From an uncultured Verrucomicrobiae bacterium (GTDB lineage: Bacteria > Chlamydiota > Chlamydiia > Chlamydiales > Rhabdochlamydiaceae), in the NCBI GenBank assembly GCA_963806855.1, contig CAWDYW010000001.1:544001-608000 (forward strand): DNA of 64,000 bases. Direction: 5' to 3'. The notes beneath the pieces are model-generated. The model was given only the letters and a program-made list of their open reading frames with translations, searched no databases and was not told the origin of the DNA. Positions 1 to 10,089 of the stretch are shown here, piece by piece. Both the position numbers and the translations under genes were made by a program. The first letter of the stretch is position 1; each line of letters starts with the position of its first letter.

Positions 1-2
1 CC

Positions 3-1298
3 AGATTGAGTCGCTATTTGGGTGTCACCCCTAATCAAGAAATCGCCGACGATGTTCTACAGAATAATCTTTCGTGGTTGAACAAAAATCCGTTCCAGTT
101 TAATAAAATAAGGTTTGTTGATACGGCCGATCCCAATGTATTGGATATTGAAGTGGATTCGGAAAAAAGGCGCGCTCTCCGTTTTTATGTCAAGGGGGAC
201 AACACCGGCTCTTGCAATACAGGCTATGGACGGCTCTATGCAGGCTTTGCTTGGGGTAATGCTTTTAATAGGGGGGATATCCTTGCCTTTGAATATGAGT
301 CATCAACTGAATTCAGACGGTTTCAATCATGGACAGCAAACTACACCTGTTTTTTGCCTTGGAAAAATATTATAACACTCTATGGAGCGTATGGGATTGT
401 TAAACCCTCTCTTCCAGCTTTCGTACCAACTTTTCTTCGCACCCATAGAATCATAGCTAAAGCTTGGCAGATAAGACCGCGCTATACGATTCCTTTCAGA
501 CCGCTCTATACACCCCTCCAGCAAAGCTTGGCTTTTGGATTTGATGTAAAAAATACCAATAGTAGCATCGTCAATTTAGCAGGCGTCAATGAAGTCGTGC
601 AGCCTGCGTCTTTACTTCGAAATGTTGCGCAAATCTATGTGACACAGCTAGCCGCCTCCTATACTCTTTACGATACTGTGTGTAGGAATAATTATTCATT
701 TAATGTAAGTTTTTACGCCTCTCCATTTACATGGCTGCCCCATCAATCAGACCACGCTTATGGGAAAGTAAGATCCCACTCAAGGCCTAAATACTGCTAC
801 TTAAATGTGATTGCTGCCGATGTGATCGAATTCTGCAATGAGACGTCGATTTCGTTTTTGATCCGTGGTCAGGTGGCTTCCCATACCCTTCCTCCTACTG
901 AACTATTTTGCATTGGGGGATATGATACGGTCCGAGGGTATCATGAAGCAGAAGTGAGCGGAGATAACGGTTTTATTGCCAACTTTGAAGTGCGCACCCG
1001 TCAGTTTTCGGCAATTCCTCGCTCCAACGGCAAGCTTAGTTTCCTTGCCTTTATCGATTATGGGCTGAGCAACAACTGGTATATGAGGCCCACTGGAATC
1101 CCTGGAATAAAAAATCTTCCCAATACGCAGTATCTTCTCGGTGTTGGGCCAGGGCTTCGTTATGCGGTTAATCCCTATTTCCAGCTCCGTTTAGATTATG
1201 GAATTAAGCTCCATAAGCTCGCTAGCAATTCCCCATTTCTTAACAAGCTAAACTCGGGATTTGGACAGGTGCACATCGGAGCGCTCGCTAGCTTTTAG
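3..1298 (+). CDS. ShlB/FhaC/HecB (TpsB, Omp85-family) outer-membrane transporter, 5'-partial
   Basis: DNTG...TG motif at barrel start, IGGYDTVRGY (VRGY loop), GDNG, LGVGPGLRY, C-terminal F; ORF open from the window edge. Confidence 0.85.
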   Translation, partial: RLSRYLGVTPNQEIADDVLQNNLSWLNKNPFQFNKIRFVDTADPNVLDIEVDSEKRRALRFYVKGDNTGSCNTGYGRLYAGFAWGNAFNRGDILAFEYESSTEFRRFQSWTANYTCFLPWKNIITLYGAYGIVKPSLPAFVPTFLRTHRIIAKAWQIRPRYTIPFRPLYTPLQQSLAFGFDVKNTNSSIVNLAGVNEVVQPASLLRNVAQIYVTQLAASYTLYDTVCRNNYSFNVSFYASPFTWLPHQSDHAYGKVRSHSRPKYCYLNVIAADVIEFCNETSISFLIRGQVASHTLPPTELFCIGGYDTVRGYHEAEVSGDNGFIANFEVRTRQFSAIPRSNGKLSFLAFIDYGLSNNWYMRPTGIPGIKNLPNTQYLLGVGPGLRYAVNPYFQLRLDYGIKLHKLASNSPFLNKLNSGFGQVHIGALASF

Positions 1299-1377
1299 GC
1301 GAGTCGGGGTATAAGCTTTTGGTTGAAATTTTTTCTTTGATTACTTATGCTTAGAAAAAAATTATAGGGAGCTCTCC

Positions 1378-2610
1378 ATGAAGAAATTTCAATGCTTTGT
1401 TAAATTCTTAATCCTTCTTTTTCTCACTAGCTCAACCTCCCTGCTCGCTGCGACATTTGTTTATGTAGCAAATGAGGGCACCCCAAGTATTTCTGTCATC
1501 GACCCGACCACTAACCTAGTCGTGGACACGATACTGCTAAACCCGTCTGAAACCCCTGTACAAATTGCAATTCCCCCAGGTGTCCCTAGAGCATATATAT
1601 CAACGGATACTGGTCATGTCATTGTCGTTGATACGAACACTAATCTAGTTATAGATACGATCGTGTTACCATTGTCAGTAGTTTCAGCCGAGGCGATTGC
1701 AGCCACCCCAGATGGCAGCGCGGTCTATGTTACAGCCGTGGATCCAACTTTTTCGTTCTTTTATGTTTTTGCCATCAGCACGAGCACAAACACAGTTACT
1801 GCTACAATCCCCCCCTCAGGCATAGCTACGGCAGCATCGCCGCAGGGAATTGCAATTACCCCAAATGGCCAGTTTGCCTATATCCCAAATCGTACAACTA
1901 GCACAGTTGTCGTCATTGACATTAGTACCAACACCGTTTTCACCACAATCCCTATCCCTGGTATCCCCACAGAGTATGATGTTGCGATAACCCCGGATGG
2001 CAAATTTGCCTATGTAACCCATTTCGCAGCGTCAACTGTAGTGGTTATCTCTACTAGCAGCAACACAGTTGTAAACACAATATCCCTTCCCTATGAACCG
2101 AGCGATATTGTCATTACTCCGGATGGCAAGACGGCCTATATGATAGGTAACGCGGTCTTTATCATGGTACTCGACATCCCTACTAGCACAATTGTTACAT
2201 CAATTCCGGTAGCAAACACAACAGATCTTGCCGTTACTCCGGATGGAAAATTTGTCTATGCCGCGCAATTCGCAGGACAAGTCGCTGTCATTGATACCTC
2301 TACTAATGGAGTCGTAACCACGATCCCGTTGCCGGGAGCCGTCTTTACCGTGGGAATTGCGATAACACCACCTCCACCACCTCCAGCTATACCTCCAGTG
2401 ACTACGGTTGCACCAGCGGCGGCTCAAATCTTAGCGCAGAGTGAACAACTTATTTACAAAACCATGGAAGAAAATTTTGAAAGTCTCCAATATAGTGGAT
2501 TGATGAGTACTACTGAGGGGACTTTTCAAGATCTACAAAAGATCTATATCATTAATGGGGAGACTATGTGGACAAATGAAGTACATCTTACACCTTCGTG
2601 GTGCCCTTGA
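1378..2610 (+). CDS. Secreted YVTN/YncE-type beta-propeller protein with Pro-rich linker and short C-terminal tail
   Basis: Signal peptide; about 7 blades of (I/V)AITPDGKxAYV...VxVIDTxTN; poly-Pro linker. Confidence 0.85.
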   Translation: MKKFQCFVKFLILLFLTSSTSLLAATFVYVANEGTPSISVIDPTTNLVVDTILLNPSETPVQIAIPPGVPRAYISTDTGHVIVVDTNTNLVIDTIVLPLSVVSAEAIAATPDGSAVYVTAVDPTFSFFYVFAISTSTNTVTATIPPSGIATAASPQGIAITPNGQFAYIPNRTTSTVVVIDISTNTVFTTIPIPGIPTEYDVAITPDGKFAYVTHFAASTVVVISTSSNTVVNTISLPYEPSDIVITPDGKTAYMIGNAVFIMVLDIPTSTIVTSIPVANTTDLAVTPDGKFVYAAQFAGQVAVIDTSTNGVVTTIPLPGAVFTVGIAITPPPPPPAIPPVTTVAPAAAQILAQSEQLIYKTMEENFESLQYSGLMSTTEGTFQDLQKIYIINGETMWTNEVHLTPSWCP

Positions 2611-2645
2611 TTTAGGAATCGTTCAGACGTGAAAAGTTAGGAGAA

Positions 2646-2680
2646 GAAAAAACCCAGGTTTTTTAAAACCTGGGTTTTTC
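2646..2680. terminator. Bidirectional intrinsic terminator
   Basis: aaaaacccaggttt / aaacctgggttttt inverted repeat with A/T tails between convergent genes. Confidence 0.75.
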
Positions 2681-2698
2681 AATTTATATGAGGGCAAA

Positions 2699-3775
2699 TT
2701 AGGCTATTTTTGCCTGATTGAACGCTTCAATTGTTCGCTTAAAGTTGTCTTCGATCTCTTTGAGTCTAGCCTCATGTGCCTTTTTAGATGCTTCGAGTTC
2801 GCCTCTCAGACCCGCACCTCTTTCCTTTAAGCCTTTGAGAGTTCCTAGTTCCTCATCTGAAATCTCGTATTGCAATAATGTATGATTGTTCGGATTACGG
2901 AGCTTGTCCACATTTTCCAATTCAGCGTGTAGCCATTCACCTTGTTTTTTCGATTCGAATTGGACTTGTCTTAGTGCTGTCTCATACGCATCTAAATGCT
3001 CTTTACGCTCTTTGGCGAAGTCATCATTAGCTGCTCTCATTTGCTCATCTCTAGCGCGATGAGCTTCTTTGTAGGCTGTAAAAAGCTGTAGCGTATCCTT
3101 GGATAAGAGCCCGTATTGGATTAATTGCTCGACAGGATATTCTCCAAAAATCTCGCTGTTGGATTTGCTTTCAATTTCGCTTAGGAATCTTGGTAGGCAG
3201 GCACTTGGTTGGGGGATGACGATTTGGACGGTTTTCCCCTGCGCCGCGCAATTATCTCGGCACGCTTTTAGGGTTTCGTAGGCCCCAATCAGTGTCCCAT
3301 CGCGGAAGGTGCATTTCTGGACATGGGCATCGTAAAGTTTATTGAAAGCGTCTTGGGCAGGGATTCCATATTGGAACATGTTATCCCAACCATGCTCTTT
3401 TGCAGTCTCTTCTAGACGTTGCCTTGAGGCTTGATGCCGATAATTTTGCAGCTCTGTGGGATCGGCATAATCTTTCATCCGGGTAATTTTCCAGATAAGC
3501 AAGCCGCCAGCTGCCAAAGTTGGGAGGGCAAGGAGTACCGAGGGGGCGGAACCGATCACGAGAGCTATGTATCCGATTGAGACCGCGATGATGGCGATGA
3601 TGCCGTAGAAGATTTTTTGCATTTTGACATCTGTCATCGAAGGCGATAGGACAGCGGCGACATTTGGCATGGTGGGGTGGGGTTGTTGGGTCTTAGATGG
3701 GGTTGCCTCATCATATACTAAGGGTACTGATTCATAGAGAGATTGTGCGGGTGCTGGCGTTACGGGTGTTTCCAT
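2699..3775 (-). CDS. Inc-like protein (bilobed hydrophobic domain + C-terminal coiled coil)
   Basis: P/S/T-rich N-terminus, two adjacent hydrophobic helices at about aa 55-95, helical charged C-terminus. Confidence 0.55.
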   Translation of the reverse strand: METPVTPAPAQSLYESVPLVYDEATPSKTQQPHPTMPNVAAVLSPSMTDVKMQKIFYGIIAIIAVSIGYIALVIGSAPSVLLALPTLAAGGLLIWKITRMKDYADPTELQNYRHQASRQRLEETAKEHGWDNMFQYGIPAQDAFNKLYDAHVQKCTFRDGTLIGAYETLKACRDNCAAQGKTVQIVIPQPSACLPRFLSEIESKSNSEIFGEYPVEQLIQYGLLSKDTLQLFTAYKEAHRARDEQMRAANDDFAKERKEHLDAYETALRQVQFESKKQGEWLHAELENVDKLRNPNNHTLLQYEISDEELGTLKGLKERGAGLRGELEASKKAHEARLKEIEDNFKRTIEAFNQAKIA

Positions 3776-3848
3776 AGGGGCCTCCTTTTTTTGGGAATGG
3801 ATTATATTATAGCTTCTGATTAATTGGCAAAGATGTTATTTGGGGCCT

Positions 3849-4379
3849 ATGGAGCTAAGTTCTCAAGTATGGTCGGCAATTATTCCATCAGCGGTTGTCC
3901 CGGTGGTCATTATATCGGCATGCGGGCTCCTCTGCTTAACTTTCTATAACCGTTTGGCGTTCATTGTCACTCGGCTTAGGACGCTGCAAAGGGAGAGGCT
4001 AGCCGAATATAAAGAGCTATTTCGGCTGGAGGAAACCCATAAAAGCAAAATCTCCAGGCAAGAAACGGAGCATTTCCTCCATTTCCTCGAGCATCAAACT
4101 GCCGATGTGCTTAAACGGGCTCTGTATTTGCGCAATTGTCTTTTTTGTCTGATTTTGTCGATTTTTTCTTTGATCATCACTTCGCTGACGATTGGGCTAA
4201 GCCTGATCTATCCTGCTCTCGAGTTCGTTGTGCTGCTCTTTTTTGTTGTGGGCCTTCTATTGCTGCTCTATGGTCTCTTTTTCGCTTTAAAGGAGATCCT
4301 CATCTCACTGAAGCCGATTCAGATGGAGAGTGAGTTTGTTCAACGTTTAATCAAAAATGAGATGGGTATCTCTCGCTGA
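3849..4379 (+). CDS. DUF2721-like membrane protein
   Basis: AVVPVVIISACGLLCLTFYNRLAFIVTRLR N-terminal motif; three TM segments. Confidence 0.7.
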   Translation: MELSSQVWSAIIPSAVVPVVIISACGLLCLTFYNRLAFIVTRLRTLQRERLAEYKELFRLEETHKSKISRQETEHFLHFLEHQTADVLKRALYLRNCLFCLILSIFSLIITSLTIGLSLIYPALEFVVLLFFVVGLLLLLYGLFFALKEILISLKPIQMESEFVQRLIKNEMGISR

Positions 4380-4564
4380 GCCAGGGTGTATCAGGAGAGG
4401 AATAAGCAAAAGAAGCAGCCATTTTTCTCTCTGCATGTGTCGAAGTTTATCAAATATAGCATAAAAATGTTGCAGAATAATCTAAGAAGAAGATATGGAA
4501 GTGTGTAGAACAAATTTTATTTGGGACCTTGGTACCCGAGTAACACAAAATCAGGAGATAAAAA

Positions 4565-4828
4565 ATGTCTTTAAAAACAACTGTAGAACATATGAAGAAG
4601 CTTTTGCACGAGATCGCTCATGATCTCGAGAAGTCATTCAAAGGCAATAAAGCAGCAGCTCAAAGAGTGCGTACACGCACAATTAAGTTTGCGAAAATTG
4701 CAAAAGAATACCGCAAAGAGTCGATCGCCGAAGGCAGAAAAGGTGGCGCCAAAAAGAAACCTGCTGCGAAAAAAGCAAAAGCTGCTCCAAAAAAGAAAGT
4801 GGCTGCGAAAAAAGCAAAACGCAGATAA
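4565..4828 (+). CDS. hctA: Histone H1-like protein Hc1
   Basis: DLEKSFKGNKAAAQRVRTRTIK motif plus K/A-rich tail; AGGAG RBS. Confidence 0.92.
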   Translation: MSLKTTVEHMKKLLHEIAHDLEKSFKGNKAAAQRVRTRTIKFAKIAKEYRKESIAEGRKGGAKKKPAAKKAKAAPKKKVAAKKAKRR

Positions 4829-4854
4829 GAGCAATTAAAATTTTTTTATGTGCG

Positions 4855-4882
4855 AAGGGGCCAATTTTGGCCCCTTTTTTTT
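4855..4882 (+). terminator. Intrinsic terminator of hctA
   Basis: aaggggccaa-tt-ttggcccctt hairpin followed by a T run. Confidence 0.85.
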
Positions 4883-4904
4883 ATCCTCAGATCAGGTATG
4901 ATTT

Positions 4905-5073
4905 TATACCTCGCACGGTCCAAAATGGTGAATTTGGAGCCGCGCGAAAGCTCCCGGGGTTGAAGTCGCAGAAAGGGGGCCATATTAGAATTAATATTGT
5001 CCCCTTTCTGCGACTTCAACCGCGGGGCTTTGGCGCGTTCCAAATTTCACCATTTTGGACGGTGTGGGGTATA
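4905..5073. repeat. About 169 bp imperfect palindromic element (MITE/RPE-like), TATACC...GGTATA ends
   Basis: Arms of about 80 bp are near-perfect reverse complements (e.g. gtccaaaatggtgaa/ttcaccattttggac; ggttgaagtcgcagaaagggg/cccctttctgcgacttcaacc). Confidence 0.85.
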
Positions 5074-5076
5074 CCT

Positions 5077-6432
5077 GTGGATTGTGAAAAAATTGTTTCG
5101 ACAGATCGTTTTTCTCCTAAAGGAAGGGCTCTTAGTGGAAATTGTGAGATCGTTGGGGCTCTGCCTGGCGAAGAGGTGTCAATAGCACCAGGAGGACGCA
5201 GGAAGGGCTTTTTGCGTCAGGTGCTCAAACCCTCTCCCGACCGGACCCTCCCTCGTTGCTCTCATGTTCCTCAGTGCGGTGGATGTGCATTGCAGCAATT
5301 AGACTACGCGGCACAGTTGAGGCTTAAGCAGGAGATTGTGGAGAGGGAGTTTGGCGAGCCTGCCCAACCGATTATTGGCTGCGCTAATCCGTGGCGCTAT
5401 CGGAATAAAATGGAATTTTCCTTTTCACAAGATCGCTCTGGAGAGAAGTTCCTGGGGCTGATGCTTGCGGGTTCGAGGGGGCGGGTCCTCAATTTGATGG
5501 AGTGTCACCTTGTCTCAGAGTGGTTCTCGGAGGTGCTCGCAGGGGTGCGGCAGTGGTGGAATGGAGCTGCGGATCTCAGAGCCTACCGACATGCCGCTGA
5601 CGAGGGGCATCTGCGGACGCTCACGCTGCGCGAGGCTAAGAAAGGAAAGGGGAAAATGGTGATGCTGACGGTGTCGGGCAATCCAGACTTCGCGCTGAAA
5701 CGGCAGTGGATCGACACGTTCGTTGAGACAATCAAAAAATTGACGCCAGATCCACACCTGAGTATTTTTTTGCAGATCCAGCAGATTGGCAAAGGGCGTC
5801 CGACTCAGTTTTTCGAGATGCTCCTTTCTGGTCCAGACCACATCACTGAAACGCTCCAAATTGAAGCTTTTGGAGAGAAGCACCGATTGGACTTTAAAAT
5901 TAGTCCAACATCGTTTTTTCAGCCGAATACGGCTCAAGCTGAAGTACTCTATTCGGTCGGACTGCAAGCTCTTTCTGATCTATCTGGAGCGCGGGTTTTC
6001 GACCTCTACTGCGGCGGCGCGACGATCGGCCTTTCGGCTGCAAAATATGCTAAAGAGGTGGTGGGGATTGAACTCAACCACCATTCGGTCTTTGACGCGG
6101 GCTGGAATCAAGAGGTGAATCAGATTCAAAACTTTTCTATCCATCGTGGCGATGTGGGCGCGGTACTGGAGAAATTGCGGCAAGAGCCGGGATTTGAGCC
6201 CCCTGATGTTGTGATTGTCGATCCTCCCCGAGCAGGATTAGATGAGAAGGCTTTGGGCCATCTGATAGAATTTGCCCCCAAAAAGATCCTTTACATCTCC
6301 TGCAACCCAAAAACGCAAAGTCAGAATGTGAAAGCCCTTTGCCTTGCGGGGTATACTCTCAAGCTGATTCAGCCCGTCGATCAGTTCCCGCATACTATCC
6401 ACATTGAAAATATTTGCCTCCTTGAGAGATAA
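5077..6432 (+). CDS. rlmD: 23S rRNA (uracil-C5)-methyltransferase RlmD/RumA
   Basis: CSHVPQCGGC Fe-S motif, YRNKMEF, SFFQPN, DLYCG, DPPRAG, YISCNP, VDQFPHT; GTG start chosen downstream of the palindrome. Confidence 0.92.
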   Translation: MDCEKIVSTDRFSPKGRALSGNCEIVGALPGEEVSIAPGGRRKGFLRQVLKPSPDRTLPRCSHVPQCGGCALQQLDYAAQLRLKQEIVEREFGEPAQPIIGCANPWRYRNKMEFSFSQDRSGEKFLGLMLAGSRGRVLNLMECHLVSEWFSEVLAGVRQWWNGAADLRAYRHAADEGHLRTLTLREAKKGKGKMVMLTVSGNPDFALKRQWIDTFVETIKKLTPDPHLSIFLQIQQIGKGRPTQFFEMLLSGPDHITETLQIEAFGEKHRLDFKISPTSFFQPNTAQAEVLYSVGLQALSDLSGARVFDLYCGGATIGLSAAKYAKEVVGIELNHHSVFDAGWNQEVNQIQNFSIHRGDVGAVLEKLRQEPGFEPPDVVIVDPPRAGLDEKALGHLIEFAPKKILYISCNPKTQSQNVKALCLAGYTLKLIQPVDQFPHTIHIENICLLER

Positions 6433-6464
6433 TGAACATATTTCAAAGAACCTGAGGTTATTAA

Positions 6465-6824
6465 ATGAAAAAATTACTTACACTTTTACCCCTACTCTCC
6501 ACTGCATCCCTTTTCGCCCAAGGGACGCCGCAAGCTAAAGAATCGAACTGGATGCAGACGGCCATTTTTGCTGTAGTCGGTATCGTGTTCTTTTACTTCA
6601 TCCTATGGAGACCCGAAAAGAAACGTCGCCAAGCTATGGAAAAGCAAAGAGAGTCGATGAAGCACGGTGATAAAGTGACAGCGATGGGAATCGTCGGAAC
6701 GATCGATAAAATTCAAGACCGCACTGTGATCTTGAAAATGGTCGACGGTTCAAAAATCGAAGTGCTCAAAGGGGCAATCTCTGAAGTCGTGGCTGCAGGC
6801 GAAGAGCCTAAAGAAGTAAAATAA
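6465..6824 (+). CDS. yajC: Preprotein translocase subunit YajC
   Basis: FFYFILWRPEKKR...GDKVTAMGIVGTI. Confidence 0.93.
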   Translation: MKKLLTLLPLLSTASLFAQGTPQAKESNWMQTAIFAVVGIVFFYFILWRPEKKRRQAMEKQRESMKHGDKVTAMGIVGTIDKIQDRTVILKMVDGSKIEVLKGAISEVVAAGEEPKEVK

Positions 6825-6862
6825 GTTAAGATATCAGTATAATATAAGCGCAATGGAGTGGT

Positions 6863-8059
6863 CTATTGCGCTTTTTTTTGGATACTTTTAGTGGTGCGGT
6901 GCTCGCTGCCATAAATTTTAGTAGCTAATTTAAGAGCCTGCGCCCAGTGATCTTTAGCCCTATCGTATTGCTCTAATTTTTCATAGCAAGCAGCAAGATG
7001 TCCATGGCAGTCGATCAGGAGGGGGTGGTCCTCATTGGAAAGTAGGATTAGGGTAGTGAGAGCTTGTTCATGCAATTCTATGGCGGCCCTATAAGATTGA
7101 TCATAAAAATAACAGAGCCCTTTATTATCTAAAATTTCTACTTCCGCCGCAAGTAAATCCCTTTCATTCACTTTGGTCAATAATTGAGCAGCTTGATCGT
7201 TTAAAGTTAAGGCTCGGGCTAAATTTCCTTTACAAGCGTAACACAATGCAATCGGCTTCAGTAGTTCGATCTCCTCCAGACTAGTGCATCCCGGGGTCTC
7301 TGCGAAGAGGTGAAAGGCCTGCTCCAAATAAAAGAGAGCAGTTTCAGGATTATTTAGGTTGAAATAGCAGCTGGCTAAATTGCGCCAAGTGTCTCTAATT
7401 TGATTGCCAGCTCCTTCCGTAAATACACGGTTAGCGACTTTTAAAGCTTCTAAATACATTTCGATCGCATGGCTAAAATTATCTTCTAAGAAATAGCGAT
7501 TCCCTAGACTGAAAAAACTGGCCCAAAGAGGCGTTTCGACTCTCAGCTGGGGCAAAGTTAGGAGTTTTTTTATCGCGTCGATTTGGTGTTCTCGGACAGC
7601 GACCTCGAGGGGTGTTTCATGAGCCTGATTTCTTTTAATGGCGGAGGTGGAGGAATACAGGAGTTCGATGGCTGGGAGATCTCCGATGCGGGCTGCATGG
7701 TGTAACGGGGTATTATCTGTTGCATCGAGTCGAGCCAAAGCGATCTTGCGGGTCACAAGCGCTAACGTCAATTCGGGGTCATAAGGCTCTAATTCTAGTG
7801 CTCGGATGAGAAGGGATCGCCCCTTTCGATCGGTGAGTTGGCACAGCTCCTTACTGCAGGGCGCCAACCGTGTCCATTCCCTTTTCTGAAGGGATTGAAA
7901 AACCGCTTCAAAGCATTCGAATTGTTGCTCTTCAAGAGATAAAGTGGGTTTCGGGCAGAGGCCAAAAACCTTCGTCACTTTGGCAAGGAGATCAGGCAAT
8001 GGGATAGGAGGGGGTGGTTGGATAGTCGGAGTTTCAGATGCTCTTCGTAAGACTCGCAT
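6863..8059 (-). CDS. Ankyrin + TPR repeat protein (candidate effector)
   Basis: TPLHHAARIG and TPLEVAVR ankyrin motifs followed by kinesin-light-chain-like TPRs (IYGSEHRTT). Confidence 0.8.
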   Translation of the reverse strand: MRVLRRASETPTIQPPPPIPLPDLLAKVTKVFGLCPKPTLSLEEQQFECFEAVFQSLQKREWTRLAPCSKELCQLTDRKGRSLLIRALELEPYDPELTLALVTRKIALARLDATDNTPLHHAARIGDLPAIELLYSSTSAIKRNQAHETPLEVAVREHQIDAIKKLLTLPQLRVETPLWASFFSLGNRYFLEDNFSHAIEMYLEALKVANRVFTEGAGNQIRDTWRNLASCYFNLNNPETALFYLEQAFHLFAETPGCTSLEEIELLKPIALCYACKGNLARALTLNDQAAQLLTKVNERDLLAAEVEILDNKGLCYFYDQSYRAAIELHEQALTTLILLSNEDHPLLIDCHGHLAACYEKLEQYDRAKDHWAQALKLATKIYGSEHRTTKSIQKKAQ

Positions 8060-8118
8060 GGGAATTTTCCTTGTTGCAAAGCAGAGGATATTACATATTA
8101 TGGTAATTTAAGGAAAGT

Positions 8119-9318
8119 ATGTTTCGAGCCGTATTTATTAGCTTATTATTCATTTTTTCACACGGATGGGGTCAAGATCCACCAGTTCTTTATCTCACAT
8201 GGAAGGGGGATCCTGCCCGGACGATGACTCTCAATTGGCGAGAGGGGGAAACGGTCTATTATAAGCCCAGTGATATAGCGGAGTGGCAATCGCAAAAGGG
8301 ACAAACTGTTTCTATCGATCGTCTTACCCTCCATCGGGCAGAATTAACAGGTCTTGAGCCCGATACAACGTATCTCTTCCGCATTGATGACGGGGCGGTG
8401 CACAAGTTCCGTACAATGCCAGAAAAGCTCGACCGGCCGCTGAAAGTTGCAATTGGGGGTGATGCCTATTTTACTCCCGAGATCAATGAGCAGATGAACA
8501 GGCAGGTAGCCAGCCGCGACCCCGATTTTGTCATCCTCGCAGGGGATATCGCCTATACCGAAGGGATCAAGTGCGCCTTGCGGACGCGCGCTTGGAAAAT
8601 TGAGCGGTGGCAACAGTTTTTCAGGGCATGGAGTCGCGATATGGTGACTCAGGATGGGCGGCTCATTCCAATCATGCCTGTCATTGGCAACCACGATATC
8701 CGGGAAGGATTTGATTGTCCTTTTCGGGAGCAGGTCTTTTTCTATCAGTTTTTCGCGTTTCCCGTCCCTGGCGTCCCTTATCGGGTGATGAAGGTTGGGC
8801 AGGAGCTCTGCTTCTATCTGCTCGACTCGGGCCATTCTTTCCCGATCGGCGGCGCACAAACAGAGTGGCTCGAGAAGAGCTTTAACGACAACAGCGGCGC
8901 CCTCTTTCATATTCCGGTCTATCACATCGCCGCCTATCCGACCGAGACCTCTTTTACCCATCGGGGCGCCAAGGATATCCGAAAATTCTGGATACCCCTT
9001 TTTGAGAAATATGGGGTGAAAGCCTCAATGGAGCATGACAACCATACCTTCAAGCGCACTTACCCGATCAAAGAGGGGAAGATCGATCCGGAGGGGATCT
9101 ATTATCTGGGAGATGGGGCCTGGGGCGTACCACCCTTAAAGCCTCAACGCCACTGGTACTTGGCCAAAGCGCTGCAGAGCAATTGCTATTGGCTTGCGAC
9201 AGTGACCCCTTCCAAATGTCACTTTCAAGCGTATAATCTCAAAGGGGAATTGCTCGATGAACTTGAGATTGCCCCGTTGAGTCTATCCAGCGATCATCAT
9301 AGTGATCATATAAAATAG
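8119..9318 (+). CDS. Purple acid phosphatase-like metallophosphoesterase with FN3 N-domain
   Basis: Signal peptide; LTGLEPDTTY; GGD, GDIAY, GNHD, EHDNH motifs. Confidence 0.85.
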   Translation: MFRAVFISLLFIFSHGWGQDPPVLYLTWKGDPARTMTLNWREGETVYYKPSDIAEWQSQKGQTVSIDRLTLHRAELTGLEPDTTYLFRIDDGAVHKFRTMPEKLDRPLKVAIGGDAYFTPEINEQMNRQVASRDPDFVILAGDIAYTEGIKCALRTRAWKIERWQQFFRAWSRDMVTQDGRLIPIMPVIGNHDIREGFDCPFREQVFFYQFFAFPVPGVPYRVMKVGQELCFYLLDSGHSFPIGGAQTEWLEKSFNDNSGALFHIPVYHIAAYPTETSFTHRGAKDIRKFWIPLFEKYGVKASMEHDNHTFKRTYPIKEGKIDPEGIYYLGDGAWGVPPLKPQRHWYLAKALQSNCYWLATVTPSKCHFQAYNLKGELLDELEIAPLSLSSDHHSDHIK

Positions 9319-9927
9319 AAATACGCCGACAAAAGCCACGATTCCGAGAATTACAGATGCAATTAAAACATTGAGAAGGGCTTTCCATGCAGAAAATCCC
9401 TGAACTTCTCCAAGCCCTTTGACTAGGATGATAACCGACCAAATGATCAGGGCGAGTTGAATAATCAAAAGTCCAAGTGTAGAAAATAATAATCTGGAGC
9501 TAAGGCCTTCTTGTGGAAAGTCAGCCATGAAGACCCCTTCACGGAAAAGGTAAATTAGGATTGCCCAAATGATAATTTCGAAGATATTAGGGACAGATGA
9601 CCAGGCAAGTGCTGCGCGGATAGGATAGAAAGTGGATTTACCCCTGAGCCATTTACCTGTCCAGAGGATCAGGCCGCTCAAAATTGTAATTGTTAACATT
9701 CCTGCAAATGTTGCTAGGACAAATGCACCGATGACGATTCCTGCCGCTGTGGTTCTTTGCCCGAAGGAAAAATTTTGCGCCCAATAAAACAACATGGGCA
9801 ATCCGTATAGAAATGAGAGGAGGATAAAGCGGAATTTTGGATTGAAATTAACAATCTTTCGAATTGTTTCTCGCGGATGTGTCCAAATGTGTGTCCATGG
9901 ATTCATCCCTGCTATCTTATCCGACAT
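9283..9927 (-). CDS. Yip1-family membrane protein
   Basis: NPWTHIWTHPRETIR N-terminus, five TM helices, GLGEVQGFSAWKAL. Confidence 0.8.
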   Translation of the reverse strand: MSDKIAGMNPWTHIWTHPRETIRKIVNFNPKFRFILLSFLYGLPMLFYWAQNFSFGQRTTAAGIVIGAFVLATFAGMLTITILSGLILWTGKWLRGKSTFYPIRAALAWSSVPNIFEIIIWAILIYLFREGVFMADFPQEGLSSRLLFSTLGLLIIQLALIIWSVIILVKGLGEVQGFSAWKALLNVLIASVILGIVAFVGVFLFYMITMMIAG

Positions 9928-10089
9928 TCTAAACTCCCTAGATTATTTCTCTATCTAAATTAATTATAGATTTTACTTTTTAAATTTATCAAATGAAAAA
10001 TGTTGGGAATCCCGAGCCTGGAGTGCATTCAAAATTCAAAAAAAAATTTGAGTATTGCAGTTTTTTCTCGATTTGGTATATTCGCGTTC

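Noticed and set aside
4867..5076. TTG 4867 as the rlmD start
   Set aside because: Lies inside the hctA terminator; the extension is just the translated palindrome
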